Assembly: GCA_013239625.1 (NCBI GenBank)
Contig: MU053520.1
Span: 586,934 to 650,933, forward strand
Length of the DNA stretch: 64,000 nt
Direction of reading: 5' to 3'
Source: Lama guanicoe
Taxonomy: Eukaryota
Part shown: positions 52,728 to 64,000 of the stretch, piece by piece
Layout: each line of letters begins with the position of its first letter
Position numbering within the stretch: the stretch's first letter is position 1
Translations under genes and position numbers: made by a program
Notes under the pieces: generated by a model
The model's database searches: none
Told to the model about the DNA's origin: nothing
What the model saw: only the letters and a program-made list of their open reading frames with translations

Positions 52728-53636
52728 AAGAAAAATGTGGCTTAAAAGACTTTTAATTAAGGAAATTTGAACAGAAATTCCATGAAAGACTTGTGAGAGT
52801 TGTGCTTCCACTATTCAGGTTTTGAAGACTAGGTTTCAGGATTGCAGCGATGAACAAGAAATGTGTTTAGGAATGTGGCAAGTGCTCTTTACACATCTGT
52901 TAGACCTGGGAACTTGCTCACTTGAATGACTGAAGAAAGCTTTGAACAGATTATTTAAACCTTGAAAATTACAGATATGGGAGAAACCAGTAGACTCAGA
53001 CTTGAACTTTCAGGGACCTCTGATGCTTTGGGAGTTTGCAGGTTCAATTTGGTGGCATAATACTGTGTATCTAGGAAATGCTGGTCCAGAAAATAAGGTC
53101 AATGGTAAAGTAACTTGTCACTTAACAATGATTGCCTTTTAATATGTATATAGAATATATAAAACTCTTAAATAAAAAATTGTATTGTATCAGGAATTAA
53201 AACAGATTTCCTAGTAGCATCCATAACAGTAAAATTTCAATTTACTGAAACCACAATTTCCAGAAACTGAATTTCATGAGATTTCTTAGCATTCTGCTTT
53301 AGGATAGTCACGCAGATCAAAAGAAAATAGGATTAGTTCAAAAACTGTTTAGTGTTTCTGTCTTCAAACACATTTAGCCCTGTGATCAAATCTATATGTA
53401 CACTGCTATGTAATGAAGGCAGCTGCTCAAAATAAACACTCTCCCTTTTCCTAACATTAAAAAAGAGAAAATTAAAACCTATCAGACGTGTGTCATAAAT
53501 TTGATGTGAAAGCAAAAAAAAATGCAAAATCTCAAATATTTATGCACCTACTTTATGCAATACAGTGTGCTAAATATTCTGAGGAACCCACAACTGGACA
53601 AAACACAGGTACTTTCCTTAAGAAACTTAGAGATAA

Positions 53637-53670
53637 CACACTGTAGCTGACTATACTTCAATAAAAAAAT
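53637..53670 (+). mobile_element. Ultra-short LINE-1 3' tip inserted in an L2 remnant
   Basis: cacactgtagctgactatacttcaataaaaaaat matches the terminus of the L1 at 28410-28444. TSD aacttagagataa / aatttagaggtaa. Confidence 0.8.
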
Positions 53671-53989
53671 AATTTAGAGGTAAGATAGGCAGGAGAGAAA
53701 AAAAGGTATGTTAATAATTAAAACTTAAGGTCAAAATTGATAGTGTCATAAATAGCAAAGATAAACTAGTATCAAATTTCTGAGCTGAAAAATATTACTT
53801 TTATAGAGGGTAAAGGGAGGATTCATATACCAAGTCTCACTTACCATGACCTTTAAATAAGTATTATTTGGATATATGATGATCAGAAGAATGTATCCTG
53901 GAAAGAGGGAATAATGAGGAAAAAGACATTTTAAAAAGTGGTGCATAATATGGCAATACATTACTGTTGGTTAAATTAGGTCATTGTTG

Positions 53990-54470
53990 AACTGGATAGA
54001 TCAGGATTCCAGTACCCCTTCTCACATTCACCAGCTGTGTAATCTTGCATTATTTATTTACACTCCTCATCTGCAAAATAGAAATAATATTAGCATTTTA
54101 TTAAGGTTTATTTTGAATAAAGTGCATATAAAGTTACTGATACATATTATTATTGTGTTATTATGTTCATTTTTTATTATGGGGTTAGGAAAATGTTGTA
54201 GTTACATCAATGTTGAAGTATTCATCTTGATGAAATGTAGAATAATCATTATTTTTTATAAATTGATGTACTCATGTCTAATACGGAAGTTAGATAAGTA
54301 ACTGGTATTATTATGAAAGTTTTAAATTTTAGCATGTATCATTAACGACAACTAATATTTATGGGTAACAATGTGTATCACAATATATTAGCTGAATTAA
54401 CTTTTACTATAACCCTATCAGGTAGGTACCAATATATTCCTTTTACAGATGAGAATAAGAAAGTGAGTTC
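53990..54470. mobile_element. Two MIR remnants (plus ~53990-54150; minus ~54340-54470)
   Basis: 'accagctgtgtaatcttgca...ctcctcatctgcaaaatag'; 'aaccctatcaggtaggtacc...ttttacagatgagaa'. Confidence 0.6.
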
Positions 54471-54829
54471 ATGCTTCTAGATCCACTGAAGAATGTGATA
54501 CATAATCCTAAGAACAAGGTACATAAAATTTACCTACCTTTACTATGCGAAAGAAAATCCCTAGGAAGATACAGAATTAGTAGGTGTCATGTAGACTTAT
54601 TACTCATACCATTTAAAAGAGTGTTATGTAAGTAAATTTACTTCATGAATTCTGCAGGTATTTGCTCTTATTTCTATGCAAAAAAACATTGTCCTAGGTA
54701 CTGTAGAGAATGCAATAATTAAGTTTCTTCAATCCAGTTAGGAAGTCATATTTTCACATGTTTACTACATAAAATCACAATAGGTATGTAGGTGAAGTGT
54801 TAAGTGAGCAAAAGTAAGAGAAATATGGG

Positions 54830-57800
54830 GCTCAGATCAAGATGGCAGAGTAGGAGGACATGGAGTTTACTTCTCCCCACAAAAACATCAAAAATACATT
54901 TACATGTGGAAAAATTCTCGCTGAAGACTAACTAGAGACTAGCAAAAAACTCCTAGAAAATCAAGGTTGTATGAAAGTTCCACAGAGAACCAGGTAGGAA
55001 GGGAAGAGAAGCAATCACATCAGGACCAGTGCCCCTGGGAGGGAATACAGAGTAAAAGAGATTACATGGGTGGAGGTCCTCCCTAGGGAGTAAGCAGTTA
55101 GAGCCACATATTGGGCAACCAACCCTGGGATCTGACACAGGTAAGACAAGCCCTCTTGGCTGGGTGACGGGCTGCTGGGACTAATAGGAGGGCTATGAGA
55201 ATCCTGGACTCCCATAGTGAAGAGCATGCATGCACTTGCTCCTGAAGCAAGGAGGAGGGGGCAGATTGAAAATTGCATGAATGGCTGGTCAGTTTCATTT
55301 GACCACTCAAAGGTACTCCCCAGCCTAACCTTGCAACAGCCCTAGTTCTGCTGCTTCATGATGCAATTTCATGCTGAGGTCAGTGCTGCCATGGCCAAGG
55401 AGAGAGCTTGTATATTAGACACAGAGGGGCTCAGACATGAAGCTGCTTATTAGAAGGGAGAGAGCAGCCATTACTAGTCAGTACTTACAAAGGCAGTGCT
55501 TCAGAAGCAGTCCAATTTCTGTCTATGATCAGAAAACCACAGCCTACTCCCCCACCCACACCAAAAGCCCTCACAGGTTCTGTCTACCCTGCAGTGCAGC
55601 TCCAAACAAGGGCAAAGGTGGCAGAGGCCAAGGGGAGAGCTCAGCTGTGGGAGGGAATGGAGACTCAGACCCAAAGCAGCATCTGAGCAGGGCAAGGGTG
55701 CTCATTAATGGAGTTTACACAAGCAGTGCCTAGAAGCAGTCTGGGTCTCTGACCCTGGCAGACACCACAGCCCATGCCTCAGCCCACACCGAGTACACAT
55801 AACAGCCTGTCTTTCTCCAACACTGCTTCCCTCTGAGCCAGGGGTGCTGGTACTGGGAAGTGTAAGAACATACACTTAATGGGAACCAACTTGAGAACTG
55901 AACCCGAAGGCTTCTTCCCCAACAACCTGGGACACATCCCCACCCTGAACAGGGCAGTGATGGCCGCTGAGCAGATGGGATGCCCTGGCTCATACCTAGC
56001 TCTGGTGTGTTGGCAGGTGTTACTTTGGCAGGAGGTGGAGCTGAAGATGGAGGGATGACATGACTTGTGTTCACATCAAATCCAGTTTGCCCACCAAAGC
56101 CACTGGGTGCACGCAGACTATATACGGGTACTCCCACATAAGGACACCATTTCAAGAGCACAATAGGTAACTGTTTCACCTAATGTCATAGAGACAGATA
56201 AGGTAAGGAAAATAAGAAGGCAGAGGAATTTGTCTCATTTGAAAAAGCAAGAGAAAATCCCTGAAAAAACAACTAAACAATTTATCAGATAAAGAATTCA
56301 AAGCATTAATAATAAGAATGATAATTGGAAAAAAAAAGAATCAGTGAACACAGTGATAATTTTAACAAAGAACAAGAAAATATAAAAAAAAATAAGAAAT
56401 GAAGAATACAATAACTGGAAGAAAAAACACTAAAAAGATTAACAGCAGACTAGGTGATATACAAGAAGCATAAGTGATCTGGACGATAGGAAAAATGGAA
56501 ATCACTCAATTAGAACAGCAAAAGAAAAATGCATTAAGAATGAAAACAGTTTAAGAGAGCTCTTGAACAACATCAAGCATACCAACATTTGCATTGTAGG
56601 GGTCCCAGAAGGAGAAGAGAGAGGGATTCAAAATGTATTTGATGAAATTATGACTAAAAACATCCCAAACCTGAAGAAAAAGATAGATATCCAGATACAG
56701 GAAGCACAGAGGGTCCCAAACGAAATGAGCCTAAACAGAGCCACACCAAGGTATATCATGATAAAAAATGCAAAATTTAAAGAAGGAATTCTAAAGGCAT
56801 CTAGAGTAAAACAAAGAGTCATATACAAGGAAACTCCTATAAGGCTGTCAGCTGACTTTTCTGCAGAAACTTTGCAGGCCAAAAGGAAATGTCATAATAT
56901 TTTCAAAGCGCTGAAAGGGAAAAACCTGCATCCTAGGATTCTCTATCCAGCAAGATTATCATTTAGAACAGATGGAGAGATAAAGTATTACTCAGACAAA
57001 CAAAAGCTAAAAAGGTTTATCAATACTAAACCTACTCTAAAAGAAATGTTAAATGGTTTTCTCCATGTGGAAAAGAAAATAGATTCTTTCAAGAAGAAAG
57101 TATTTATAAGAAAAAGAAAAATCCCACTAATCAAGGAAAATACATAATAAAGGCTGAAGATCAACCACTTAATTAAGCTAGTAAGAAAATTGAAAGAAAA
57201 ATTATAAAATCAACTATAACTACAATAATCAGTAAAAGTGTAAACTATGACATTAAAAACATGAAACATGGGGAAGAGAAGTAATAAATGTAGATCTTTT
57301 AGAATGTGCTTGGACATAAAGGACTACCTGTTTCAAACAGTAGATATAGTTATAGATCAACATACATTAGCACCATGGTAAACACAAATTTAAAAAATCT
57401 TCAATAGATATGCTAAAACTAGAGTGTCCTCCAAAAAAAACCTGAAAATAGAACTACTATATGATCCAGCAATTCCACTGCTGGATATATATTCAAAGAA
57501 AACAAAAACATTAATTCGAAAAGATACATGCACCTCAATGTTCATAGCAGTAATATTTACAATAGCCAAGATATGGAGGCAACATAAGTGTTCATCAAGT
57601 GATGAATATATATATTTATTTATTTACTAAAAAAAATGGATACTACTCAGTCATAAAAAATAAATGAAATTCTGCCATTTGCACCAAAATGGATAGACCT
57701 AGAGAGTATTATGCTTAAATAAGTGAGACAGAGAAATACAAATACTGTTATCACTCATATGTGGAATTTAAAAAATAAAAAATGAATGTATATAACAGAA

Positions 57801-58085
57801 ACAGACTCATGGATATAGAAAACAAACTAGTGGTTATCACCGGGGAGAGGGAAAGGGGGAGGAGCAAGATAGAGGTATGAAATTAAGAGATACAACCTAT
57901 TATGTATAAAATAAATAAGCAGCAAGGATATATTTTACAGAACAGGGAAAAATAGCCATTGTTTTGTAGCAAATTTAAATGGGATATAACATATAAAAGT
58001 ATTGAATCACTGTGTTGTACAAACTAAAGTAATACTGTAAATCATCATCAATACTGTAAATCAAATCATACTTCAATAAAAAATA
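54830..58085 (+). mobile_element. LINE-1 with 5' UTR, ORF1 and part of the spacer, joined directly to the last part of ORF2 and the 3' UTR (half-L1-like)
   Basis: Starts 'gatcaagatggcagagtaggagg'. ORF 56563..57147 is ORF1p. After a junction at ~57425, ORF 57424..57630 encodes [16 protein letters not shown]. The tail is 'cttcaataaaaaa'. Confidence 0.93.
56563..57147 (+). pseudogene. L1 ORF1p RRM and C-terminal domain remnant, open for 194 codons
   Basis: NIKHTNICIVGVPEGEE...IQIQEAQRVP...TPRYIMIK...PIRLSADFSAETLQA...PRILYPARLSF. The upstream coiled-coil part is frameshifted and the start codon is mutated. Confidence 0.92.
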
Positions 58086-58124
58086 GAAACTCAACCTGGA
58101 AAACATAAATCAAAAATAAATCGC

Positions 58125-58475
58125 TATAGCCTGAATGACTTTTGAAAAAACTATTCTGAGTTAAAGAAGCCAGTCATGAAATACCACATATCACATGATT
58201 TCATCTGAATGAAATGCTCAGAATTGGCAAATCTACAGAAACAGGATGTACTTTAATTGTTGCCCAGTTCTTTGGGCAGGTGGCATGAAAACTGACTATT
58301 AATGAGCATGTTTCTTTTTAGAGTGATAAAAATATTCTGATATTTTCTAAACTGTGGTAACAGTTGCACAATTTTGTGAGTGTATTAAAAATAACATTGA
58401 CTCATATACTTAAAAGGATGAATTTTATGATGTGTGAGCAACATCTCTATAGAACTTTAAAATAAAATAAAATAT
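58125..58475 (+). mobile_element. Old LINE-1 3' end (L1MB/MC-like)
   Basis: 'aaagaagccagtca...tcagaattggcaaatctacagaaacag...gtggtaacagttgcacaattttgtga'. Confidence 0.8.
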
Positions 58476-58659
58476 CCATGTGAGCAAGCATATTTTAAAA
58501 ATAAAAACAAATCAATCTCCAGTAATTAGACTTTTTTTTCTGAATAACAGAGTAATAGAGATAAAATAGCCAAATTACAATGAGAAATGTAAATATATTA
58601 AAATAAAAGATTTATGTTATAGTATCCCATAATAATCAAAAAAATAACAGTAACATGAA

Positions 58660-59160
58660 TTCTGCTTTGTGTTAATAATGGAAGATTGAATGAACAAGGA
58701 CCATATTTGAGTTAGATCTTGCATAATTAGGACTTTGGGAAGAACATCTTAAATGGAATAGAATAAGCACAATTATAGAATAATAATGAAACAGTTACTA
58801 AAGATGTAAGGTTAGATATGTTTGTAATTGTTAATAGGGGGATCGTGGAGGATTTTGGAGACCTTGATACATCTGAGATTATTCTCTAGGCAGTCACAAT
58901 CAAAGAAGATGATAACTGTGACACAACTGAATACATTTTTTTATATTATATCGTGTCAACTCTTGTGGAGTTACAAACAATGGAAAAAGAAGAGGTTGTG
59001 AGAGACATCTCATTATTGTGAGAAACCATTTCACAAATCAAGAAGAGAGATGATGAGGAGCTGGTCCTGGAAATGGCTTTGGGAGTGAAAAAGATGTGAT
59101 GGTGTCAAGAGAATTTGATGTTGCCTCCAAGTTTAGGAAGTGATAGAGCATTAGAATCTC
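58660..59160 (-). mobile_element. Decayed L2
   Basis: 'atttgagttagatcttg' and 'aatcaagaagagagatgatgaggagctgg'. Confidence 0.5.
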
Positions 59161-62019
59161 CATTTGAAAATTTCAAAACCATGTAACAAGAAACATTGGA
59201 GGTATGACTTGGATGAAGTTGGATGAGGATAATATTACTCACTTCATTAAATATTTATGTGTTATAAAGTATGCTCATTGATTCTTATCTGTATAAAATG
59301 GAAAAGATGAATGCAAGAAATTGTGAATAAGCTAGGTTGTCTTGTAAAAAAAAAAGGAATTAAACCGAGATCAAGGAAGACCGATCAGCTTCAGTGGACA
59401 TATAAAAATCAGGTAAGTACCAGCACCATTTTGACAAGTGACTAATTGGTGAGAAGTCTCAGCTGGACCTTATTTACTGAAACATACAAATTCTATCTAT
59501 TAATTATGAGATGCCAAGAGAATAAAACAAGTAGTAAGCTCTTGTGAGACCCTTGATAACAAAGACTAAATAGAAAATGGAGCGCAAAGGAGAGGACTGA
59601 GTGAGAAGTTATAGGTCAAAGACTCTATTTTGTTTAAGTTAGGCTCTGAAGAGTATTTTTGAGTCTAGGCTAGACTGCACCTGGTGATAAACTGTCTTAA
59701 AAAATAAGGACACTCAAGACAGAGTAAAATAAAAGCAGCTTCTGACTCTTATTTCCAACTGTTGCTAAGAAGATGGATGGCTGCACTTAAGGACTCTAGA
59801 AAATAATTAACCTGTAAGTAACTGATCATGAATAATGTTAATAATATGCTAACGACAGGTGCCTAGCACAGTTCTCTGTGCATAAAAGGCATCATCTCAC
59901 ATATTCATTATGAGAACATTAGGAGGTAAATATAGATCAGTGCACTGATGGAACAGTTGTGTAATTACACTCACATCTTCAGCCAGTATTGGAGGATCAG
60001 AAATTCAGAAAATAGAAATTTTTAAAAATTAAGGTTAAAGTTTGAGGCTCAATAGCTGTTGACACAGAGCTTAATGATTAAATCACGATGTTAAATGAGG
60101 AAATAATAGTGAGAAGAAAATAGGTATGAAAACAAGCTTTGAGGCATCTTTAATTTTTCTGATGCTTTAAATGTAGACAATAATTAGGTTTTTATTCTTA
60201 AGTGTAAATGGTCTGTCAGGATGACAAGTTCAGAGTTTTTCATGCACTGCTGATAAAAACTTGGCTTATATAAACATTAGTTTATCCTTCTAAAGTTCTT
60301 GGGGAGATGTTATGCCAACTTCAGAAATTTTCTTGACAACTTCTTGTTTGACACCAAAGTTGTTTAAAAAGTGTGGTCATAGGAAATGAAAGAGACTGAA
60401 GAACTTCCAGAAAAGTTCTAGGAGGCTACAAGAGGACCAGCACCCCAAAGTTGATAATCAGTTTCAAACATTACAAAGAAGTCAAGAAGATTGAGGATTG
60501 AAAAAACATTCTGGACCTTTCAAGAAGACATCTTCTGTGGTGTGGTGGAAGATGAAGTCAAGTAATAATAGATTGAAGGTGTTACTTGGAATGACCTAGA
60601 GAATCATCAGGAATTACAAAAAGAAGTGTGATTACTTGTGGCCTTTTTTAAAATACAAGTTCTTAACAGGATTGATTCTTACCCACCCTTTGACAGGAAG
60701 AGTGAAGATGTTATTCACAGATTAAGTTCCTTCTTATGTCAAGACCAAAACAAAAAAAAAAAAAAAAAGAGAGAGAGAAACTAACGTTCTTACCCACATC
60801 AAATGCAAGATCTATAATACCTAGCTTAAAACAAGAGTTGTCATCATTCTCTTTGACTAGGAGGAAAACTTACAGGAATGATTACCAAAGAGCCATCCGT
60901 CCCTCTGCATCTCTCAAAATATCTTCCCTACCTTACTTTCCCACCCTAAAAGGGAGTGCCTATCTGTATACTTCACATTTGTATTTCAATTATGGGTGGT
61001 AATGAAGGAAGTGGAGGTTAAAAGCAATAAAAATACAAAACAATGTCATTCCACAAAATAAAGAAAATAATACTCAAAAGGGGGAGGGAGACTTTTCCAA
61101 GCTCAGGAAATGTTACAAAATTCTAAAGTTGTACCAAGGTAGGTATGTATTAGCATTCCGACTGCTATCATATAATTAAGTACCAGATGACTAGGGTACC
61201 CAATTCGGAGGTGAGCAGGCATATATTCCACTTGGCTGACGTTCCAGCTGAGCAAATGTTTCTCTTGGACTGAACACAGACTTTCATTTATCTTCATTGT
61301 GAATCATTTTCCTGGAAGTTGCTGTTGCATAAATGGTGCTTCCCTGACTCTTGATCAGCACAGACTGCCAGAATCAGTAAGTGTGCATATGAGCTCTATA
61401 AGCAAGTTTCTTTTCCAGGATATTTCTCTGTCAACGTTCTCTTTCTGGACTGTGAAGTGGTCTCCCTGTGAAGATTGCCAGGCAGCATTCTTTGGATTAA
61501 TCCTGATAATCCTTCAGTAGTGCATCCACTGCTCACAAAACTGTATTCTAGACCTCCCTAGAATCTGGTGGGAATTCTTCATTCACCCTGAGATCTGACA
61601 GCTGGTGTTCCCCCTCTATTCTTCCCATCCAGTTATAGAACCTGGAGAGATGCCAAAGAACTTCTAGAAATATGCAGAAAACAGTTTTAAAACTACTACA
61701 AATCCTTGTGGACCAGATGAAGATATTTGTATAACCAAGAAAAAAAAAAGAAAAAAAAAGAAAAAGGATTTTGTTGTGAAACTATCTTGTAAAATATCAT
61801 TTCCTATAAAATTATGGCAGAAAAACAAAGGCTAAAATGTTGATTGCTCATCTCTGGAATATATTATTAAGGGTAAATGTTCTTTTTCCTTTTTGCAAGC
61901 ATTGTCTGAAATTTCCTCAATGATCAAGAATTGGACTATAACTCTTAAAAATATCTTAAAAATCAACCTTCCATAGGAAGCTATAATCAGCTCGGTGCAA
62001 TCACGTGAACTACTGATTC

Positions 62020-62365
62020 ATTTGGACCAAAGGATAGTAGATCTGAAAGGAGCGTCAGAGATCATGTCTCAATTTTATTATTTCACAGAAGAAGAAAATG
62101 AGTTCCCAGGCTGAATGAAATGACTTGTTAACTGTCAGTTATTCATGTTACTTGAGGTAAATATATATCTCTCACCATACAGATTGACCTAAAGCTTAGG
62201 AATATCTCTGTTCTGATTGAGTCCAAGCCTCAGTTACACTGTAAAAGTGAAATACTGATCTGGAAAGTCCACTAGTCTGAGAATCACTTAAATATTTACC
62301 AGAGTGTCTGACATGTAATTGATGTCCCATGCCTAGACTATTGTTGGTGACAAATGGATGAATGA
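62020..62365. mobile_element. MIR (minus, ~62020-62150) and L2 3' tip (plus, ~62160-62365)
   Basis: 'atttcacagaagaagaaaatgagttcccagg...aaatgacttg'; 'ccagagtgtctgacatgtaattgatgt'. Confidence 0.5.
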
Positions 62366-63284
62366 CAATAAATGCTGTTTAGAGGGACCACGAGGGATCG
62401 TTGTCACACAATGCACACACTGTATTTGTCCAAGGCAGGCCTTCTTATATTACAGCAAACTGGTAGGGAGGGACGTCAATCTGGAAACCGAGGACTTGTG
62501 CTTTCTTTAATCTGCTGCCTGGGATAAATGATGTTATCTCAAAATGGTAAAAATTTAAAAAGAAATAGAAAAAGGAAAAAAAAATCAAGTCATAAATAAA
62601 AGAGACTGCTACCAAATAGTAATTATGTCAAGCAAATAAAGCTGTCCTATATTATGCTTTAACCACATTTGACCCATTTAGAAAAATTAAAGAGGAAAGA
62701 AGAGACAGAATGAAGAAAAATATTACCCTACAGAGACATTTCTAGCTCTGAATCTACGTCTTAACTCTGTTTCTGCAAAGTTTCCAACATAAATTGCCTC
62801 TTTCAGCATCTTGGAGGGTGAAAACACATGCTAATACCAATAAATTGGATTTGTGTTGGGATATTTATGTGTGCATACATTAAAAAAAAGATTTGCATGC
62901 AGCCCAGGATGGAGGAACAAACAGAGCATGAACCTTAGTTGCTAAGATAACAATACACACATTACACTGGAAGATGCAATTTGTGTATAAAACAGTTCCA
63001 TCACTGGTTAGGAGAGTGACATACTCTGGGATGATACACCTTTAAATTCAGTATTAAACATGAATAGAAGACTCCCACTGTTTGCCACCTCTGGTTTCCA
63101 CTCTTCTGGTTTATTCCTATATATCATTTCCTAACGTATTCAGTGTATATTTTATTTACTGATTATTTGTCAACTTTAAAAGAATAAAAAACATGCAAGA
63201 TATTTATAAGTATAGTTGTAAGCACCCTCTGGACTGTGCTATATGAATGATAATGTCAAAAGCAAAATGCAAAATTTGTTCAGA

Positions 63285-63510
63285 ACCAACAGGCTAAGAA
63301 TCTAGCTATGTGTTAGGTTCTAGCTGTGTAACCTTAGCATTTTATTTACTCATTTATTTCAGGGCAGTTACATCAGTTTCCTAATCTGTACAATGGGCTG
63401 GATAACACTACTTATGTCATAAATATTTGGGAGGATCTAATCAGATAGTGCAGCACATAAAGAACTCGTTATAGCATTTAACAAACGGTAAGCTCTCAAT
63501 CATTGTTATT
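63285..63510 (+). mobile_element. MIR SINE
   Basis: 'tagctgtgtaaccttag...cagtttcctaatctgtacaatggg...ggtaagctctcaatcattgtta'. Confidence 0.75.
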
Positions 63511-64000
63511 TTCAAGTCTTTTCTAAAAACTGACATGTTAAGGATCTCAAGTCTGTCTGAAACTAGGCTTACATTTTCAAAAGACAGCATTAGGCATTCC
63601 CTATTCAAAATAGGAGAGATGGTAGGTATAGTCTGAGATGAAGCTGATTCTTCAGAAGGTTGACTATTACTAATGAAATAAATAGTATGAGCTGCGTATA
63701 GCAGGGCAGCTAAAAATTGATTTGAAAGAGAGATTGAGACTTCGCAGAAATGTTTCTCAAGAAAAGTTCCTGGGGAGAGGATTTGGGCCCAGTTCTAAAA
63801 CCATACGGTCAGAAAATGATTTTGTTGTTGTTGTTGTTTGTTTGTTTATTTGTTTTCTTCTCTGAAAATAGCCCAGGTCTTTCTTTTAACTTTGTCCTTG
63901 GCCCAGCCTCCTCTCATTCAGTCCCATTTATGCCTTGGTAGAATGAAAACCAGAGATTAAAAAGGAAGTAGCCATGTTGTATAAAACTCCTTAAGACTCT

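Noticed and set aside
1..64000. CRISPR array, operon, tRNA/rRNA, CpG-island promoter or processed pseudogene
   Set aside because: I saw no regularly spaced repeats, no gene-dense segment, no recognisable structural RNA and no CpG-rich island. I found no cellular-protein homology in the ORF track, although small exons could be missed by eye.

Overview
AT-rich, CpG-poor mammalian (eutherian) genomic DNA with no host protein-coding exon, RNA gene, CpG island or prokaryotic feature that I can support. It looks intergenic or deep-intronic. About half of it is recognisable transposon sequence: many LINE-1 copies of several ages, old L2 and MIR copies, and MaLR/ERVL/ERV1 LTRs, including two nested solo LTRs. 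Nearly all long ORFs in the track are L1 ORF1/ORF2 remnants or antisense shadows of them. I saw no Alu, B1/B2, BovB/Bov-tA, PRE1 or Can-SINE. Together with the style of the young L1 3' UTRs, this suggests a non-ruminant cetartiodactyl, probably a camelid (inference). I found no new biological system. The notable features are structural: a 488-bp near-perfect tandem duplication inside a young L1; several L1s with clean internal deletions, including an ORF1-only 'half-L1' and a TSD-flanked 5'UTR-ORF2 fusion; a ~50-bp micro-inversion between two paralogous L1 5' UTRs; very short L1/poly(A) insertions with TSDs; and a 23-bp inverted repeat at an L1 junction. Subfamily names come from my recollection of consensus sequences, and the boundaries of old repeats are approximate.
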